Origin: Candidatus Woesebacteria bacterium GW2011_GWC1_42_9
GTDB taxonomy: Bacteria > Patescibacteriota > Microgenomatia > UBA8517
Reading direction: 5' to 3'
NCBI GenBank assembly: GCA_000995185.1
Contig: LCET01000005.1
Coordinates: 84,277 to 148,276, forward strand
DNA: 64,000 bases
The translations under genes were made by a program, and so were the position numbers. Shown here piece by piece: positions 36,813-47,491 of this stretch. Each line of letters opens with the position of its first letter. Position 1 is the first letter of the stretch. The notes under the pieces were generated by a model that did no database searches, was not told the origin of the DNA, and saw only the letters and a program-made list of their open reading frames with translations.

Positions 36813-37095
36813 ATTGCATCCCTCCAAGAAGTCCGGAGAGGCCGCCGCCCGATTCCATCATCTTTTGCGCGGCTTTTTTCTGAACTTTCTTGAAAGCTTC
36901 ATTAATTGTTTTAACAACATCATCCTGCTTTTCGCCCGCTTTTTCGATATATATAACCTTCTGATCTGCCGAAACCTTTACGCGCACATCGCCAGATTCC
37001 ACCGTCTCCGTAACTTCGGCAAGCTCCTTTTGAAGCTTTTTTGCTTCGGAGCGCATTTTAAGTAGTTGTTTTCCTTGTTTTACTTTGTCAAACAT
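36811..37095 (-). CDS. ybaB: Nucleoid-associated protein YbaB/EbfC
   Basis: MFDKVKQGKQLLKMRSEAKKLQKEL... Lies in the dnaX-ybaB-recR arrangement. Confidence 0.85.
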   Translation of the reverse strand: MFDKVKQGKQLLKMRSEAKKLQKELAEVTETVESGDVRVKVSADQKVIYIEKAGEKQDDVVKTINEAFKKVQKKAAQKMMESGGGLSGLLGGMQ

Positions 37096-38521
37096 CGCCA
37101 AATATTTCCTTTGCTGCCTCAAGTATATCGCCATCATCCGTATCGGTCAAACTAGTTTCTTCTTTCACTTTTGGCTCAACTTCCCGCTCTGTAAGCGTGC
37201 ATTTCACTCGCACCGGCACCCCCATCACGCCAGCTATCACTCCCTCTAAAATTTTCAGATTTTCCATCGCTTCCAGACGCTCTTTATGAAATTGATAATA
37301 AACCCCGACATTAATTGTTTGCCCGTCAAACCCCAAGGGTCTAGCAGCGCGAAGAAGTGCCTCAATGGAAATATTTTTATCCTTTACGCTTCCGATTATT
37401 TCCGACCAAATTTTATCATCAAGTTTTTTTATCTTTTTAGGGTCCAAAACTGGTTCACTTTCTATTTCCTTTTCCTCCTCATCTTCGCTAATTTCTTGAC
37501 TATGCCCACACCACTTAATTAGGGCAAGCTCCAGTGGAAGTTGTGACACTGCCGGCGGAGCAAGCTGATCGCGGGAGGCCAAAAGCAAATCAAGCAAAAA
37601 AATTAATTCTTCTTCAGGAGAAGTAAGGCTCCCCTTCTCTCCTTTATATTTATCCAGTAATTCGCTGCGAACATAAATTATAAGTTCTTCCAAAATCGAC
37701 TTGGCAGAAGTTCCGATACTAATCTCCCGCTCGACTTCCGCCAAAATTAGTTTTGCGTCCTTTTGAAAAATTAATTTAAAGAGACTCGCGATATTCTTTG
37801 GACGATTTTGCAAAAGATATCCTTCTGCTTTTTTAACCGTGATTTTTCGCTTGTCGACGGCAAGCCCTTCCAAAATTTTCACGGCTTCCCTGAAAGACCC
37901 TTCTGAATATCGCGCAATTATTTCAATTGCTTCTTTATCAATATTAATCTTTTCACTTTTCACCACACGGGCAATCTGCCTCGCAATCTCTTCCTCGCTT
38001 GCTTTCGGAAAAATCACCGTGGTTGCCCGAGAGCGAACTGTATCAGGAAGCTTCATCGGCTCAGTCGTTGCCAAGATAAACATCACGTGGGCAGGAGGCT
38101 CCTCTAAAGTCTTCAGAAGTGCATTGGCCGCTTCTGTTGTCAACATGTGTGCTTCGTCGATGATATAAATTTTTTTGTTTGCACTGCTTGGCGCAAGATT
38201 AACGTTCTCACGAAGTGATCTCACATCATCAATCCCGCGGTTGCTTGCGGCGTCCATCTCAATGACATCCAAGTGGTTTCCGGCAGTAATGGCTTTACAG
38301 TGAGCACACTTATTACATGGCTTATTTTTTACATTCGCTGAGCAGTTAATCACTTTTGCAAGGATCCTTGCGGCGCTTGTTTTACCAGACCCCTTTGGTC
38401 CAGAAAACAAGAAGGCATGAGGAATAGATTTAGAAGCGAGGATATTTGTTAAATTCTCACGGACACTGGTAAGATCTAGCTCTTCCAATTTTTGGGGACG
38501 ATACTTAAGGTACAGTGTCAT
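37088..38521 (-). CDS. dnaX: DNA polymerase III subunit gamma/tau
   Basis: AAA+ Walker A GPKGSGKTSAARI, zinc module CNKCAHC, sensor motifs. Confidence 0.95.
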   Translation of the reverse strand: MTLYLKYRPQKLEELDLTSVRENLTNILASKSIPHAFLFSGPKGSGKTSAARILAKVINCSANVKNKPCNKCAHCKAITAGNHLDVIEMDAASNRGIDDVRSLRENVNLAPSSANKKIYIIDEAHMLTTEAANALLKTLEEPPAHVMFILATTEPMKLPDTVRSRATTVIFPKASEEEIARQIARVVKSEKINIDKEAIEIIARYSEGSFREAVKILEGLAVDKRKITVKKAEGYLLQNRPKNIASLFKLIFQKDAKLILAEVEREISIGTSAKSILEELIIYVRSELLDKYKGEKGSLTSPEEELIFLLDLLLASRDQLAPPAVSQLPLELALIKWCGHSQEISEDEEEKEIESEPVLDPKKIKKLDDKIWSEIIGSVKDKNISIEALLRAARPLGFDGQTINVGVYYQFHKERLEAMENLKILEGVIAGVMGVPVRVKCTLTEREVEPKVKEETSLTDTDDGDILEAAKEIFGDV

Positions 38522-38577
38522 CGCAAATCACCATAACACGCAAGGGTGATTGTGAAAAGAGAACAAAATATAGCAAC

Positions 38578-38970
38578 CTACTTATGATGGATGCCCAGGA
38601 GGTGAAGAGTCGCGTGGGCGGCGTAGTCGCAGACTATATCCTCCGCCGAACGGTCAAACTTTTTGGACTCGATAACGGCCTTCTCCCACGAGATCATGAT
38701 CTCACCCAAGTAATTTTTACTCTCCTTAGGCACTATAAAATCTTTAACCTCCTTTGAAGAAAAGGACAAAACTGGATGACTTTTTGCTTCCTCCCCGCTT
38801 TCCCCCATATATCTCGCTGCAAGTTCCTCCAATTCCTCGTCGCTCGTGATAGCAGTAGAAATTTCTGAATCTTTAGGAGCCCCGTTTTTCATTAAAACTA
38901 TCTTCACCGATTCCTCCACTTTCTCCACATTCACATCACAACTTATCTTCTTAATTACGCTTATCTTCAC
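38578..38970 (-). CDS. ybeY: rRNA maturation endoribonuclease YbeY
   Basis: HATLHLLGIHH zinc-binding motif (HxxxHxxGxxH). Confidence 0.8.
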   Translation of the reverse strand: MKISVIKKISCDVNVEKVEESVKIVLMKNGAPKDSEISTAITSDEELEELAARYMGESGEEAKSHPVLSFSSKEVKDFIVPKESKNYLGEIMISWEKAVIESKKFDRSAEDIVCDYAAHATLHLLGIHHK

Positions 38971-39407
38971 TGAAGCTTTGATTTGACCACTTCACTAACT
39001 CTCGCTCCGCTTGCTTTTCCGTTAGCTTTTTTCATAACTAACCCAATCACTTTTCCGATATCAGCCACCGAGCTGGCGTTTGTCTCGATAATTGCCCCAT
39101 CAACAATTTTAACTAATTCATCATCCCTCATCTCCGTTGGTAAAAATCCCTTTAAAATTTCCAGCTCGCGTCTTTCTGTGTCTGCTTTGTCCTTTGCGTT
39201 AGCTTTGTCATATGCCTCAATTGCGTCACGACGCATCTTCGCTTGAGCTCTCACTACAGCAATTTCTTCCTCGTTTGTAAGACTACCCTTTTTGTCAATC
39301 TCCTTATTATGAAGCTCAGTCGAAAGCATCCGAAGCACAATTAACATATCTTTATCTTTTGCTTTAAGCGCTTCAACTAATTGTGATTTAATGGTGTCCG
39401 CAATCAT
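38967..39407 (-). CDS. GatB/YqeY-domain protein
   Basis: Helical YqeY-like sequence along its length. Confidence 0.75.
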   Translation of the reverse strand: MIADTIKSQLVEALKAKDKDMLIVLRMLSTELHNKEIDKKGSLTNEEEIAVVRAQAKMRRDAIEAYDKANAKDKADTERRELEILKGFLPTEMRDDELVKIVDGAIIETNASSVADIGKVIGLVMKKANGKASGARVSEVVKSKLQ

Positions 39408-39736
39408 TTCGCCTCCTTTTTCATTTCTCCCCCCAATAAATGCCAGTGAAGATGCGGCACAAATTGATACTCTCCTCCATTGATTACCAATTTATATTTT
39501 TTTTCAAGCTTCTCGCTCTTTATTAAGTCTTGAGAAATTCTCAACATCTGGACCAAAACCTCATTATCTTCCTTATTTATATCCATAAAAGTCTCGATAT
39601 GTCTTTTGGGAACTACCAAGATATGTGTGTCAGCTGAAGGATTTGCATCTTCAAAGGCGATTACGTTTGTCATCTCAATTATCTTCTTTGCCGGTATTTT
39701 ACCCTTTATTATTTTACAGAAAATGCAATCCTTCAT
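39404..39736 (-). CDS. HIT-family hydrolase
   Basis: C-terminal HLHWHLLGG histidine triad. Confidence 0.85.
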   Translation of the reverse strand: MKDCIFCKIIKGKIPAKKIIEMTNVIAFEDANPSADTHILVVPKRHIETFMDINKEDNEVLVQMLRISQDLIKSEKLEKKYKLVINGGEYQFVPHLHWHLLGGEMKKEAK

Positions 39737-39743
39737 CTCTCAA

Positions 39744-40736
39744 TTATAACAGCGACATGATCGCATTAGCGAGCTTTTTACTATCGTGCCTTACTAAGCT
39801 TCTTTTTAATTTATCACTTCCGGGTTTATCAAATATTTTTTTTGAAGATAAGCTTTTTCTGATAACTGTTAATTTTTTAGTACTAATAAGATCATCTTTG
39901 ACCGGTGTTGCTTGCTCCTCCTTATAGCGGGTAAGAGCTCCTTTAGGATAGGAACGGGCCTTGTTTATTAAACAAAAATCCATAGCATTGTCATCCAAAT
40001 ATTTCTCTAATTCTGCCAAATGGTCCTTTGCACTAAACCCTTGAGTTTGGCCAAATTTAGTCATCAAATTCATTATGTAAACTTTTTTGGCCTTAGATCT
40101 GATTATTGCACTGGCAACGTCCTCAACAAGTAAATTACTGATAATGCTCGTGTATAAATCACCTGGCCCTAAAACAATCAAATCAGCCGCTTTAATAGCG
40201 TAAAGCGCTTCTTTATTTGCTTTTGCGGGAGGGAAAATTTCAAGATCAACAATCCTATGCTGGCCAATTTCCTCACCCGGCTCATCGATATAGTGTTCAC
40301 CCATTACCTGTTTCCCATTATCATATCGAGCAACCAAATGAGAGTCATTCAAAGTGACCGGGATTACTTTCCCTTGCACTCTCAATATTTCACAAGTCTT
40401 TTTAATTGCCTTCTCCTGCGAGCCATAAATATCGGTGAGTGCCGCCATAAATAAATTCCCAAAGCTCATCCCGCTGATCCCAGTTCCACGGGCATAGCGA
40501 TAAGTAAATAATTTCCTTAAAGTCTCATTCCCATTTTCGCTTGCCAGAGCGACAATGCACTGCCTTATATCTGAAGTTGGAAGAAGACCGAATTCATCCC
40601 TTAATACCCGATTACTGCCGCCTGAATCAGTCATCGAAACAATCGCGGTTAATTCAACCGGATATTTTTTTAAACCGGACAGTGCAGTAAACGTTCCCGT
40701 CCCTCCGCCAATGCAAACAATTCTTTTCCGCCGCAT
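39744..40736 (-). CDS. YvcK/CofD-like (UPF0052) gluconeogenesis-factor family protein
   Basis: N-terminal IVCIGGGTG nucleotide-binding motif. Confidence 0.8.
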   Translation of the reverse strand: MRRKRIVCIGGGTGTFTALSGLKKYPVELTAIVSMTDSGGSNRVLRDEFGLLPTSDIRQCIVALASENGNETLRKLFTYRYARGTGISGMSFGNLFMAALTDIYGSQEKAIKKTCEILRVQGKVIPVTLNDSHLVARYDNGKQVMGEHYIDEPGEEIGQHRIVDLEIFPPAKANKEALYAIKAADLIVLGPGDLYTSIISNLLVEDVASAIIRSKAKKVYIMNLMTKFGQTQGFSAKDHLAELEKYLDDNAMDFCLINKARSYPKGALTRYKEEQATPVKDDLISTKKLTVIRKSLSSKKIFDKPGSDKLKRSLVRHDSKKLANAIMSLL

Positions 40737-40783
40737 GGACCCTAATTCTAACTAATTTTCACTAAATTTGCTAAAATATAGGC

Positions 40784-41086
40784 ATGGATAAAGATAGACT
40801 TTATGAAAGAAGAGAAATTGAATCCATCATAGCAATCGAAAGAGAAATAAGAAACGCCGAAAACACGTCCCAGCTCTGGCGGTATCTCAGTGACTTAAAA
40901 ACCATCTCCATCTCACGAGGACACGATAAATTGCTCGAGGAGGATAATATCGTAAATAAATTATTAGACACTTTCAGCAATCTAGAAAAAGAAGGAAAGA
41001 GATTTCCAATCCTTTCACCAGAAGAAATTACCTCACTAGCAATTGAGATTCATGACATCAAGTTCCGGATATCACCAATGTTTTGA
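40784..41086 (+). CDS. Hypothetical protein
   Basis: 100 aa, helical/charged. Confidence 0.4.
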   Translation: MDKDRLYERREIESIIAIEREIRNAENTSQLWRYLSDLKTISISRGHDKLLEEDNIVNKLLDTFSNLEKEGKRFPILSPEEITSLAIEIHDIKFRISPMF

Positions 41087-41326
41087 TTAATTTTCCTCTT
41101 CCCTGTTTGGTCGTTCCTCACCAGGTCTTTTCTCAAGTCCAGCTTCTCTTAGCTGACCCGTAAACTTTTCAGGGGCTACATCGGTCCCTGCAGTTGCAGC
41201 AGCAGCAGCCTCTTGGGTCACCCTCTCTTGAGTTAATCCTTCCTTTTTATCCCCCTTATTGGCTTTAATTCTATCTATAATTCTAGATAAATCAGCTTTC
41301 GTCGGGCCTGTTTTCTCTTCGCTCAT
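41087..41326 (-). CDS. Hypothetical protein
   Basis: 79 aa, low complexity Ala/Glu. Confidence 0.35.
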   Translation of the reverse strand: MSEEKTGPTKADLSRIIDRIKANKGDKKEGLTQERVTQEAAAAATAGTDVAPEKFTGQLREAGLEKRPGEERPNREEEN

Positions 41327-41330
41327 AAGA

Positions 41331-42563
41331 TCACCTCGCTTTCAATTTGTTTATAACCTCATCAATTGCCATTAGCTTAAGTTTATCTGAGGACCTTAAT
41401 TTCCACTCAAGTTCACTCCCTGTTTTTTCTGACACAACCAATCTTATCGGAATACCGATCAAATCACTATCAGCAAATTTCTCCCCTGCCCCCAATTCCC
41501 GATCATCCCACAAAACGTCAATTTTATTTTCTATTAGAGTTTTGTATATTTCGGCTGTCTTTTTTGCACCTGTCAATTCCACTAAGTGAACATCAAACGG
41601 CTTTATTGCATCAAACCAAATGATCCCCTTATCCTCATTAGACACTTCAACCGCCGCCCCCATCACCCTTGTCGACCCAATGCCATAGCTCCCAAACCAG
41701 ACTGGCTTCAAACTTCCGTCTTTGTCTGTAAAATTAACTCCCATTTTCTCGGCATACCACTTCCCAAGCGGGAAAATATTCCCCACCTCTATCCCCCGTG
41801 AAATTTTTACCTTACCACTTTTACAGGAAGGGCAAATATCCCCTTCCTTACCTTTAAAAATCTCCTTATTGGACCCCCATTCACAATTCTGACAAAAATA
41901 AATTGTGTCCTCGCCATTCTCTGCAATAACTTGAAACTCATGAGTATTTCGATCTGTAAACACCCCTCCGGCCGCTTCAGTTATCCGAAAATCAAAACCA
42001 ATCCGCTTAAATATTTTTGAGTAAGCCTGCTTCACCTTCTCGTAATAGCTATAAAGATCTTTCTCGGTCGCGTGTGTGCTATAGAGATCCTTCATCATAA
42101 ACTCGCGTCCTCTGAGTATCCCACTTTTCGCTCTAGGCTCATTTCTAAACTTAGTAGAAAAATGATAAACGGCCAAGGGCAAATCTTGATAGCTATTTAT
42201 ATTTTTGCGGATCAAGTCCATCACGATCTCCTCGTGCGTGAAGGAAAGAACATATTCCTTGCCGCGGGGATCTTTAAGTTTGTACATTATTTCACTGGCT
42301 TTATCCCAACGCTCAGTTTCATTCCAAATTGATTTTGGATGAAGGAGAGGCATGAGCATCTCTTGGCCGCCAATAGCATTCATTTCTTCACGGATAATTT
42401 GGTTAATTTTAGAAACGACCCGGAAGCCCAAGGGAAGTAAGGTCCAAGACCCCGCCATCAATTGATCCATAAACCCAGCTCTTACTAATAATTGATGGTT
42501 TATGCTCTCCGCGCCCTTCGGAGCAGTCTTCCTTGTTTTTGGAAATAATTCTGATTGCTTCAT
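41331..42563 (-). CDS. proS: Proline--tRNA ligase (short form without INS editing domain)
   Basis: Class II motifs, and RAGFMDQLMAGSWTLLPLG typical of ProRS. 410 aa. Confidence 0.85.
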   Translation of the reverse strand: MKQSELFPKTRKTAPKGAESINHQLLVRAGFMDQLMAGSWTLLPLGFRVVSKINQIIREEMNAIGGQEMLMPLLHPKSIWNETERWDKASEIMYKLKDPRGKEYVLSFTHEEIVMDLIRKNINSYQDLPLAVYHFSTKFRNEPRAKSGILRGREFMMKDLYSTHATEKDLYSYYEKVKQAYSKIFKRIGFDFRITEAAGGVFTDRNTHEFQVIAENGEDTIYFCQNCEWGSNKEIFKGKEGDICPSCKSGKVKISRGIEVGNIFPLGKWYAEKMGVNFTDKDGSLKPVWFGSYGIGSTRVMGAAVEVSNEDKGIIWFDAIKPFDVHLVELTGAKKTAEIYKTLIENKIDVLWDDRELGAGEKFADSDLIGIPIRLVVSEKTGSELEWKLRSSDKLKLMAIDEVINKLKAR

Positions 42564-43663
42564 GGTAGGAGGGTTTCTACAAAGGCGGAAAGGGAACCCG
42601 CTGCAATAATTTTCGGGATCTCACTAATGGTGATTAGAACCACTAAAATTAAGAGTATCGCCATCCCTACTGTGTAGCTTTTTTCTTCAATCTTTGCAAC
42701 ATTTCCTTTCCCGATCACGCTCTCAAGAATTACAAAAACGACTCTTGACCCATCTAGAGGAGGAAAAGGCAAAATATTGAGAAGAGCCAAGTTGATCGAA
42801 ATAATCCCCGTCAATTCAATTAAAGGCAAAATGCCCTGCTTTGAGAACTCAGCGATTATTCCCCCTATTCCTAACGGCCCGGCGACTCCTTTGGGAACTT
42901 CCCCAGAAAGGGATTTTGAAAGCACGCCAATTAGTCCATAGCCGACCGCCTTGGTCATATTTATCGTGCGCTGAAATCCTAAATAGGTATATACAAACGG
43001 GCGCTTCCATAATGGCGGGAAAAACTGCTTGATATTGGTTGGCTCAACCACTACTCCCAAAGCACCCTGATCTTCTGGAGGATCTTCTCTAGGAGTAATT
43101 AAGATGCTTATTTCTTTACCTCCTCGATCAAGCACCAACTCAATTTCTTTGCCTAAATTGGAATTAACAACAGTCATAAAGTCCGCCATATTTTGAGGCT
43201 TTTCGCCCGCAATTTCTTTGACCAGATCGTCTGGTTTTATCTTTGCTTCCTCCGCTGGAGAATTTGGCGCAATTTCAACAATTCTAACTTCTTCAGTAAT
43301 TACCCCGACAAACCAAAAGATTACACTGAAAGAAAATACCGCCAAAACCAAATTCATAAATACTCCGGCGACCGCCACAAAAATCCTCACCAAAGGAGGC
43401 TTGTTTACAAAAGACTCACTGGGGACACTAACTTCCTCACCCGTTGTTTCCCCATGAAGCTTCACAAATCCCCCGATGGGTAAAGCATTTATTGAATAAT
43501 CTGTCTTGCCAATTCTTTTTGCCCGGATCCTTGGAGGATATCCAAGCCCAAACTCTTCTACCCAGATACCAGATAACTTGGCGGCGAGAAAATGCCCAAA
43601 TTCATGGACTAATATCAAAATGGATAAAACCACAAAAGCGATAATAATTTGAAAAAATATCAT
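42560..43663 (-). CDS. rseP: RIP (site-2) metalloprotease RseP
   Basis: HEFGHFLAAK, PDZ, C-terminal LDG motif. Confidence 0.9.
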   Translation of the reverse strand: MIFFQIIIAFVVLSILILVHEFGHFLAAKLSGIWVEEFGLGYPPRIRAKRIGKTDYSINALPIGGFVKLHGETTGEEVSVPSESFVNKPPLVRIFVAVAGVFMNLVLAVFSFSVIFWFVGVITEEVRIVEIAPNSPAEEAKIKPDDLVKEIAGEKPQNMADFMTVVNSNLGKEIELVLDRGGKEISILITPREDPPEDQGALGVVVEPTNIKQFFPPLWKRPFVYTYLGFQRTINMTKAVGYGLIGVLSKSLSGEVPKGVAGPLGIGGIIAEFSKQGILPLIELTGIISINLALLNILPFPPLDGSRVVFVILESVIGKGNVAKIEEKSYTVGMAILLILVVLITISEIPKIIAAGSLSAFVETLLP

Positions 43664-43665
43664 AA

Positions 43666-44220
43666 TTAAACAGAAAGCAACTCGTTTTTCTTTTCCTCAC
43701 CAGACATTTCAATTTTCTTTATAAATTCGTCAGTAAGTTCCTGGACTTCTTTTTCCTTTCTGGAATTTTCGTCCTCGCTAATCTCCTTTGCACCAAATGC
43801 ATTTTTAATATCTTTCATCGCCATTAATCTCACTTGCCTGATCAAAACACGCCCGTTTTCTACTTTTTGACTCAATAGCTTCACATATTTTTGCCTATCT
43901 TCTAAAGTCATTGGAGGGATGATAATGCGGATAATTTCACCATCTACTTGCGGCGTGAGACCAATATTGGCTTTGTCAATCCCTTTTTTAATTTCACCGA
44001 TAATCGATTTATCCCAAGGATCGATCACAATCGTCTCAGCGTCGCTTGCGGAAACCGAAGCAAGCTCAATAATTTTTAATTTTTGCGCACCGCCGTAAGC
44101 ACTGACAACAACATTCTCAATTATTGACGGCTTCGCTCGACCAGTTCTAACTGAAGCGATATCTCCCGCGACAAGATCATAAACTTCCTGCATCTCTCCT
44201 CTTACCTTGTCTTTATCCAT
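43666..44220 (-). CDS. frr: Ribosome recycling factor
   Basis: Alignment along its full length. Confidence 0.95.
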   Translation of the reverse strand: MDKDKVRGEMQEVYDLVAGDIASVRTGRAKPSIIENVVVSAYGGAQKLKIIELASVSASDAETIVIDPWDKSIIGEIKKGIDKANIGLTPQVDGEIIRIIIPPMTLEDRQKYVKLLSQKVENGRVLIRQVRLMAMKDIKNAFGAKEISEDENSRKEKEVQELTDEFIKKIEMSGEEKKNELLSV

Positions 44221-44246
44221 TTAGTACGAAGTATATCAGAAAAAAA

Positions 44247-44708
44247 TTACTCTCCGACTGCAATCCGGGCAATTCTCCCAACTTTAATGTTCTCACCAGT
44301 CTTTGTGATCACCTCTTTAACAAGCTCTTCTATTTTCCTACTCGGATCTTTAATGAAATCCTGGCGCAATAGCTCTTTTTCATTTTTGGGATTCATTGAA
44401 GCAGTCTGCATGGCAATTTCATTGGCAAGTTTCTGGAAAACATCATTTTTAGCCACAAAATCAGTCTCACATAAAAGCTCGATAATACTTGCCACTTTAC
44501 CATTGTGGTGAGTGTAAGTAGTTACTATACCCTGAGCAGTGGCTCGCTCGGCGCGCTTCGAAGCTTTTTCAAACCCTTCTTTGCGAAGTATTTTAACTGC
44601 CTTTTCTCTATTCCCGTTAACCTCCTCGAGAACTTTTTTGGTCTTTAATATCGGCGCCCCAGTCGACTCTCTGATATCTCGGATCAAATCTGCTGTAACC
44701 TTTGCCAT
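44247..44708 (-). CDS. tsf: Elongation factor Ts (minimal 153-aa form)
   Basis: N-terminal ADLIRDIRESTGAPILKTKKVLEE (UBA-like) plus a single core subdomain. Confidence 0.8.
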   Translation of the reverse strand: MAKVTADLIRDIRESTGAPILKTKKVLEEVNGNREKAVKILRKEGFEKASKRAERATAQGIVTTYTHHNGKVASIIELLCETDFVAKNDVFQKLANEIAMQTASMNPKNEKELLRQDFIKDPSRKIEELVKEVITKTGENIKVGRIARIAVGE

Positions 44709-45436
44709 TATTTCTTCTTTAATTTACCACTCGCAGCCTTGCGCGCGGGGCTTTTTCTCCCTGCCATTACTGCCTCTTTAAATAAATCTAGCACATATTC
44801 CAACGCCCCTGCCGCATCATCATTCATAGGCACCGGCCAAGTGACCAAAGATGGATCAGAATTAGAATCTACTATCCCAACTGTATCCACTTTTTTGAAA
44901 TTTGCCTCTCTTAATGCGGAATTTTCCCGATGGATATCAAAAATTATCATCAGATCAGGAAGACTTTCAAGCCCACTAATCCCTCCGAAACGCTTGTCCA
45001 TTTTCTCGATCTCTCGATCTATCAAAAGTCTCTCCTTTTTGGTGCGATCTTTATATTTACCTTCCTTTTGGGCCTCTTTCATTTCCCCCATGCGCCTGAT
45101 GGACCTTCTAATCTGCTCAAAATTAGTAAGCGTGCCTCCAAGCCAGCGCAAGTCCACATAGGGACAACCTGTCGCAAGCCCCACCTCCTTGATCTTATCT
45201 TTTATTTGCTTTTTGGTCCCGACAAATAAAATTACTTTCCCGCCTTTACTCGCTTCTGTAACTACTGCCAGAGCTTTTTCAAGCGCGCTCACAGTTTTAA
45301 CAAGATCAAAAACGCGGACACCGTCTTTCAAGCCATAGATATAATCCTCCATTTTTGGATTCCAACGACGATTCTGGTGCCCAAAATGGGCCCCAAGTTC
45401 GAGTAATTTTTCTATGTCGACTTTAACAATTGCCAT
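44708..45436 (-). CDS. rpsB: 30S ribosomal protein S2
   Basis: Alignment along its full length. Confidence 0.95.
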   Translation of the reverse strand: MAIVKVDIEKLLELGAHFGHQNRRWNPKMEDYIYGLKDGVRVFDLVKTVSALEKALAVVTEASKGGKVILFVGTKKQIKDKIKEVGLATGCPYVDLRWLGGTLTNFEQIRRSIRRMGEMKEAQKEGKYKDRTKKERLLIDREIEKMDKRFGGISGLESLPDLMIIFDIHRENSALREANFKKVDTVGIVDSNSDPSLVTWPVPMNDDAAGALEYVLDLFKEAVMAGRKSPARKAASGKLKKK

Positions 45437-45454
45437 GAATTATTTAGAGGAATA

Positions 45455-46258
45455 CTAACTAGTGTGTATTATCGCCTGATTATAGGCGGCCTGGGCTAAA
45501 TTTTCAAGTAAATAGCTAATCCCAACTGGTCCAATCCCGCCAGGAACTGGAGTAACAAATTTCGCTTTTTTATAAGTACCTTTATCAACATCACCTTTCG
45601 GAGCACCTACATCTATAATGAGTACACCTTCTTTGACCATATTTTTTTTGATTAAATTCGGCACGCCAGTGCAACTAATCAAAATATCCGCGCTCTTGGT
45701 AATTTTTTCGAGATTTTTAGTATTTTTATCTACACCAACGGCTTCGTAATTCTTTATCAATTTACTCCCAACCATGCCTTTACTTCCTACCACCACAATC
45801 TTTTCTTTACCAGAGAAAACTGCTATATCCAAAGCACTCAAGATTGCCTTCACTGTGGGATGAACAAACCCTCTGTCTTCCCGCAGGCCATCCACATCTT
45901 TATTTTCAGCAATACTTTGCACTATGTGCTTTGTACTTTGTGCTAAATTCGCTGGAAGAGGAAGCTGGACCATTATCCCATGTGTTTTGTCGTCTAAATT
46001 ATTTTGGGTAATATACTTCATTATCTCGCTCGCTTTTGTATTTGAGTTGAATTTTTTTATCTTAAATTTCACCCCGACCCGCTGCGCCGCTTGTTTTTTT
46101 AATTTGGTATATAAAACACTCGAAACATTCTTTCCCACTAAAATTGAAACTAATTTTGGTGTAATATCAAAGTCATTTTTCAGATCACGGACTTTCTGCG
46201 CCACCTCATTCTCGATCCTTTTTGCATATTCTTTTCCATTAAATACAACTGTCTTCAT
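45455..46258 (-). CDS. folD: Methylenetetrahydrofolate dehydrogenase/cyclohydrolase FolD
   Basis: Rossmann VVVGSKGMVG and catalytic Lys region. Confidence 0.9.
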   Translation of the reverse strand: MKTVVFNGKEYAKRIENEVAQKVRDLKNDFDITPKLVSILVGKNVSSVLYTKLKKQAAQRVGVKFKIKKFNSNTKASEIMKYITQNNLDDKTHGIMVQLPLPANLAQSTKHIVQSIAENKDVDGLREDRGFVHPTVKAILSALDIAVFSGKEKIVVVGSKGMVGSKLIKNYEAVGVDKNTKNLEKITKSADILISCTGVPNLIKKNMVKEGVLIIDVGAPKGDVDKGTYKKAKFVTPVPGGIGPVGISYLLENLAQAAYNQAIIHTS

Positions 46259-46261
46259 ATT

Positions 46262-47491
46262 TCAGAAAATATCAGGGATGGGAAACTTTTTTGTTAATTG
46301 CTGTACTTCTTTTTTAACTTTTGAGACGCTCCCGGGATCGCTTGAAACCTGGTAAATAAATTCTGCGATCTTTTTCATTTCAGCCGGGCCCATCTTTCTT
46401 GAAGTAACTGCTGGCGTCCCAAGCCTTACCCCCGAGGGGCTAAATGGCGGATAAGGATCATGCGGAATCGCATTCGCATTTACTATAATGCCAGCTTTTT
46501 CAAGTTTCACCGCAAACAGTTTGCCAAGAATCTTCTCGCCAGACAAATCTAACAACACCATATGGTTCTCGGTACCGCCAGTTACCACTTTAAAGCCCTT
46601 GTCTGAAAGCGAATCCGCTAAAGCTTTCGCATTCTCGACAATCCTTTTACCATAAGTTTGGAATTTCTTTTTACCAGCTTCCTCTAGTGCAATCGCGATA
46701 GCGGCAATTTGATTGTCATGCGGTCCACCTTGAAGTCCCGGAAATATCGCCCGGTCAATTTTCTTGCCCATTTCACTATCCTTTTTCAATCCCTTACTGG
46801 TAACCATAATTATCGCTCCCCTTGGCCCGCGAAGCGTCTTATGGGTAGTTGTCATAACAATGTGAGCGTAATCTGTGGGCGACGAATGGACGCCGGCAAC
46901 TATAAGCCCGGCAATATGCGAAATATCAGCTAAAAGATAAGCCCCCACGCTATCTGCAATTTCCTCAAACTTTTTAAAGTCCAAAACACGCGAGTATGCC
47001 GTGATCCCTGCAATAATTAATTTTGGTTTTTCCCCTTTGGCTAGTTTATAAACTTTGTCATAATCTATGAAGCCATTTTCATTAACTTCATATTGGACGC
47101 TTTTAAAAAACTTTCCTGAAAAAGTGATCTTAGGATGACCATGAGTTAAATGTCCACCAGAGCTAAGGGACATCCCCATGATTTTGTCCCCCGGGTTTAA
47201 TAATGCAAACAAAATCGCCGCGTTAGCCGAAGACCCAGAATAGGCTTGTACGTTGGCATGGGGAACACTGAAAAGCTTTTTAGCGCGCTCAATAGCTATT
47301 TCCTCAATCTTGTCCACAAATTTATTTCCCTGGTAATACCGCCTCCCAGGATAACCTTCTGAGTATTTATGTGTGAGGCAGGATCCAAGTGCCTCCCGAA
47401 TATCCTTAGAAGTGTAATTTTCCGATGGGATCAACATCAAAGTCTCCGCCTGCCGTTTTTCTTCTTTTTTAATTAAATCAAATATTCTCAT
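46262..47491 (-). CDS. glyA: Serine hydroxymethyltransferase
   Basis: PLP site TTTHKTLRGPRG. Confidence 0.95.
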   Translation of the reverse strand: MRIFDLIKKEEKRQAETLMLIPSENYTSKDIREALGSCLTHKYSEGYPGRRYYQGNKFVDKIEEIAIERAKKLFSVPHANVQAYSGSSANAAILFALLNPGDKIMGMSLSSGGHLTHGHPKITFSGKFFKSVQYEVNENGFIDYDKVYKLAKGEKPKLIIAGITAYSRVLDFKKFEEIADSVGAYLLADISHIAGLIVAGVHSSPTDYAHIVMTTTHKTLRGPRGAIIMVTSKGLKKDSEMGKKIDRAIFPGLQGGPHDNQIAAIAIALEEAGKKKFQTYGKRIVENAKALADSLSDKGFKVVTGGTENHMVLLDLSGEKILGKLFAVKLEKAGIIVNANAIPHDPYPPFSPSGVRLGTPAVTSRKMGPAEMKKIAEFIYQVSSDPGSVSKVKKEVQQLTKKFPIPDIF

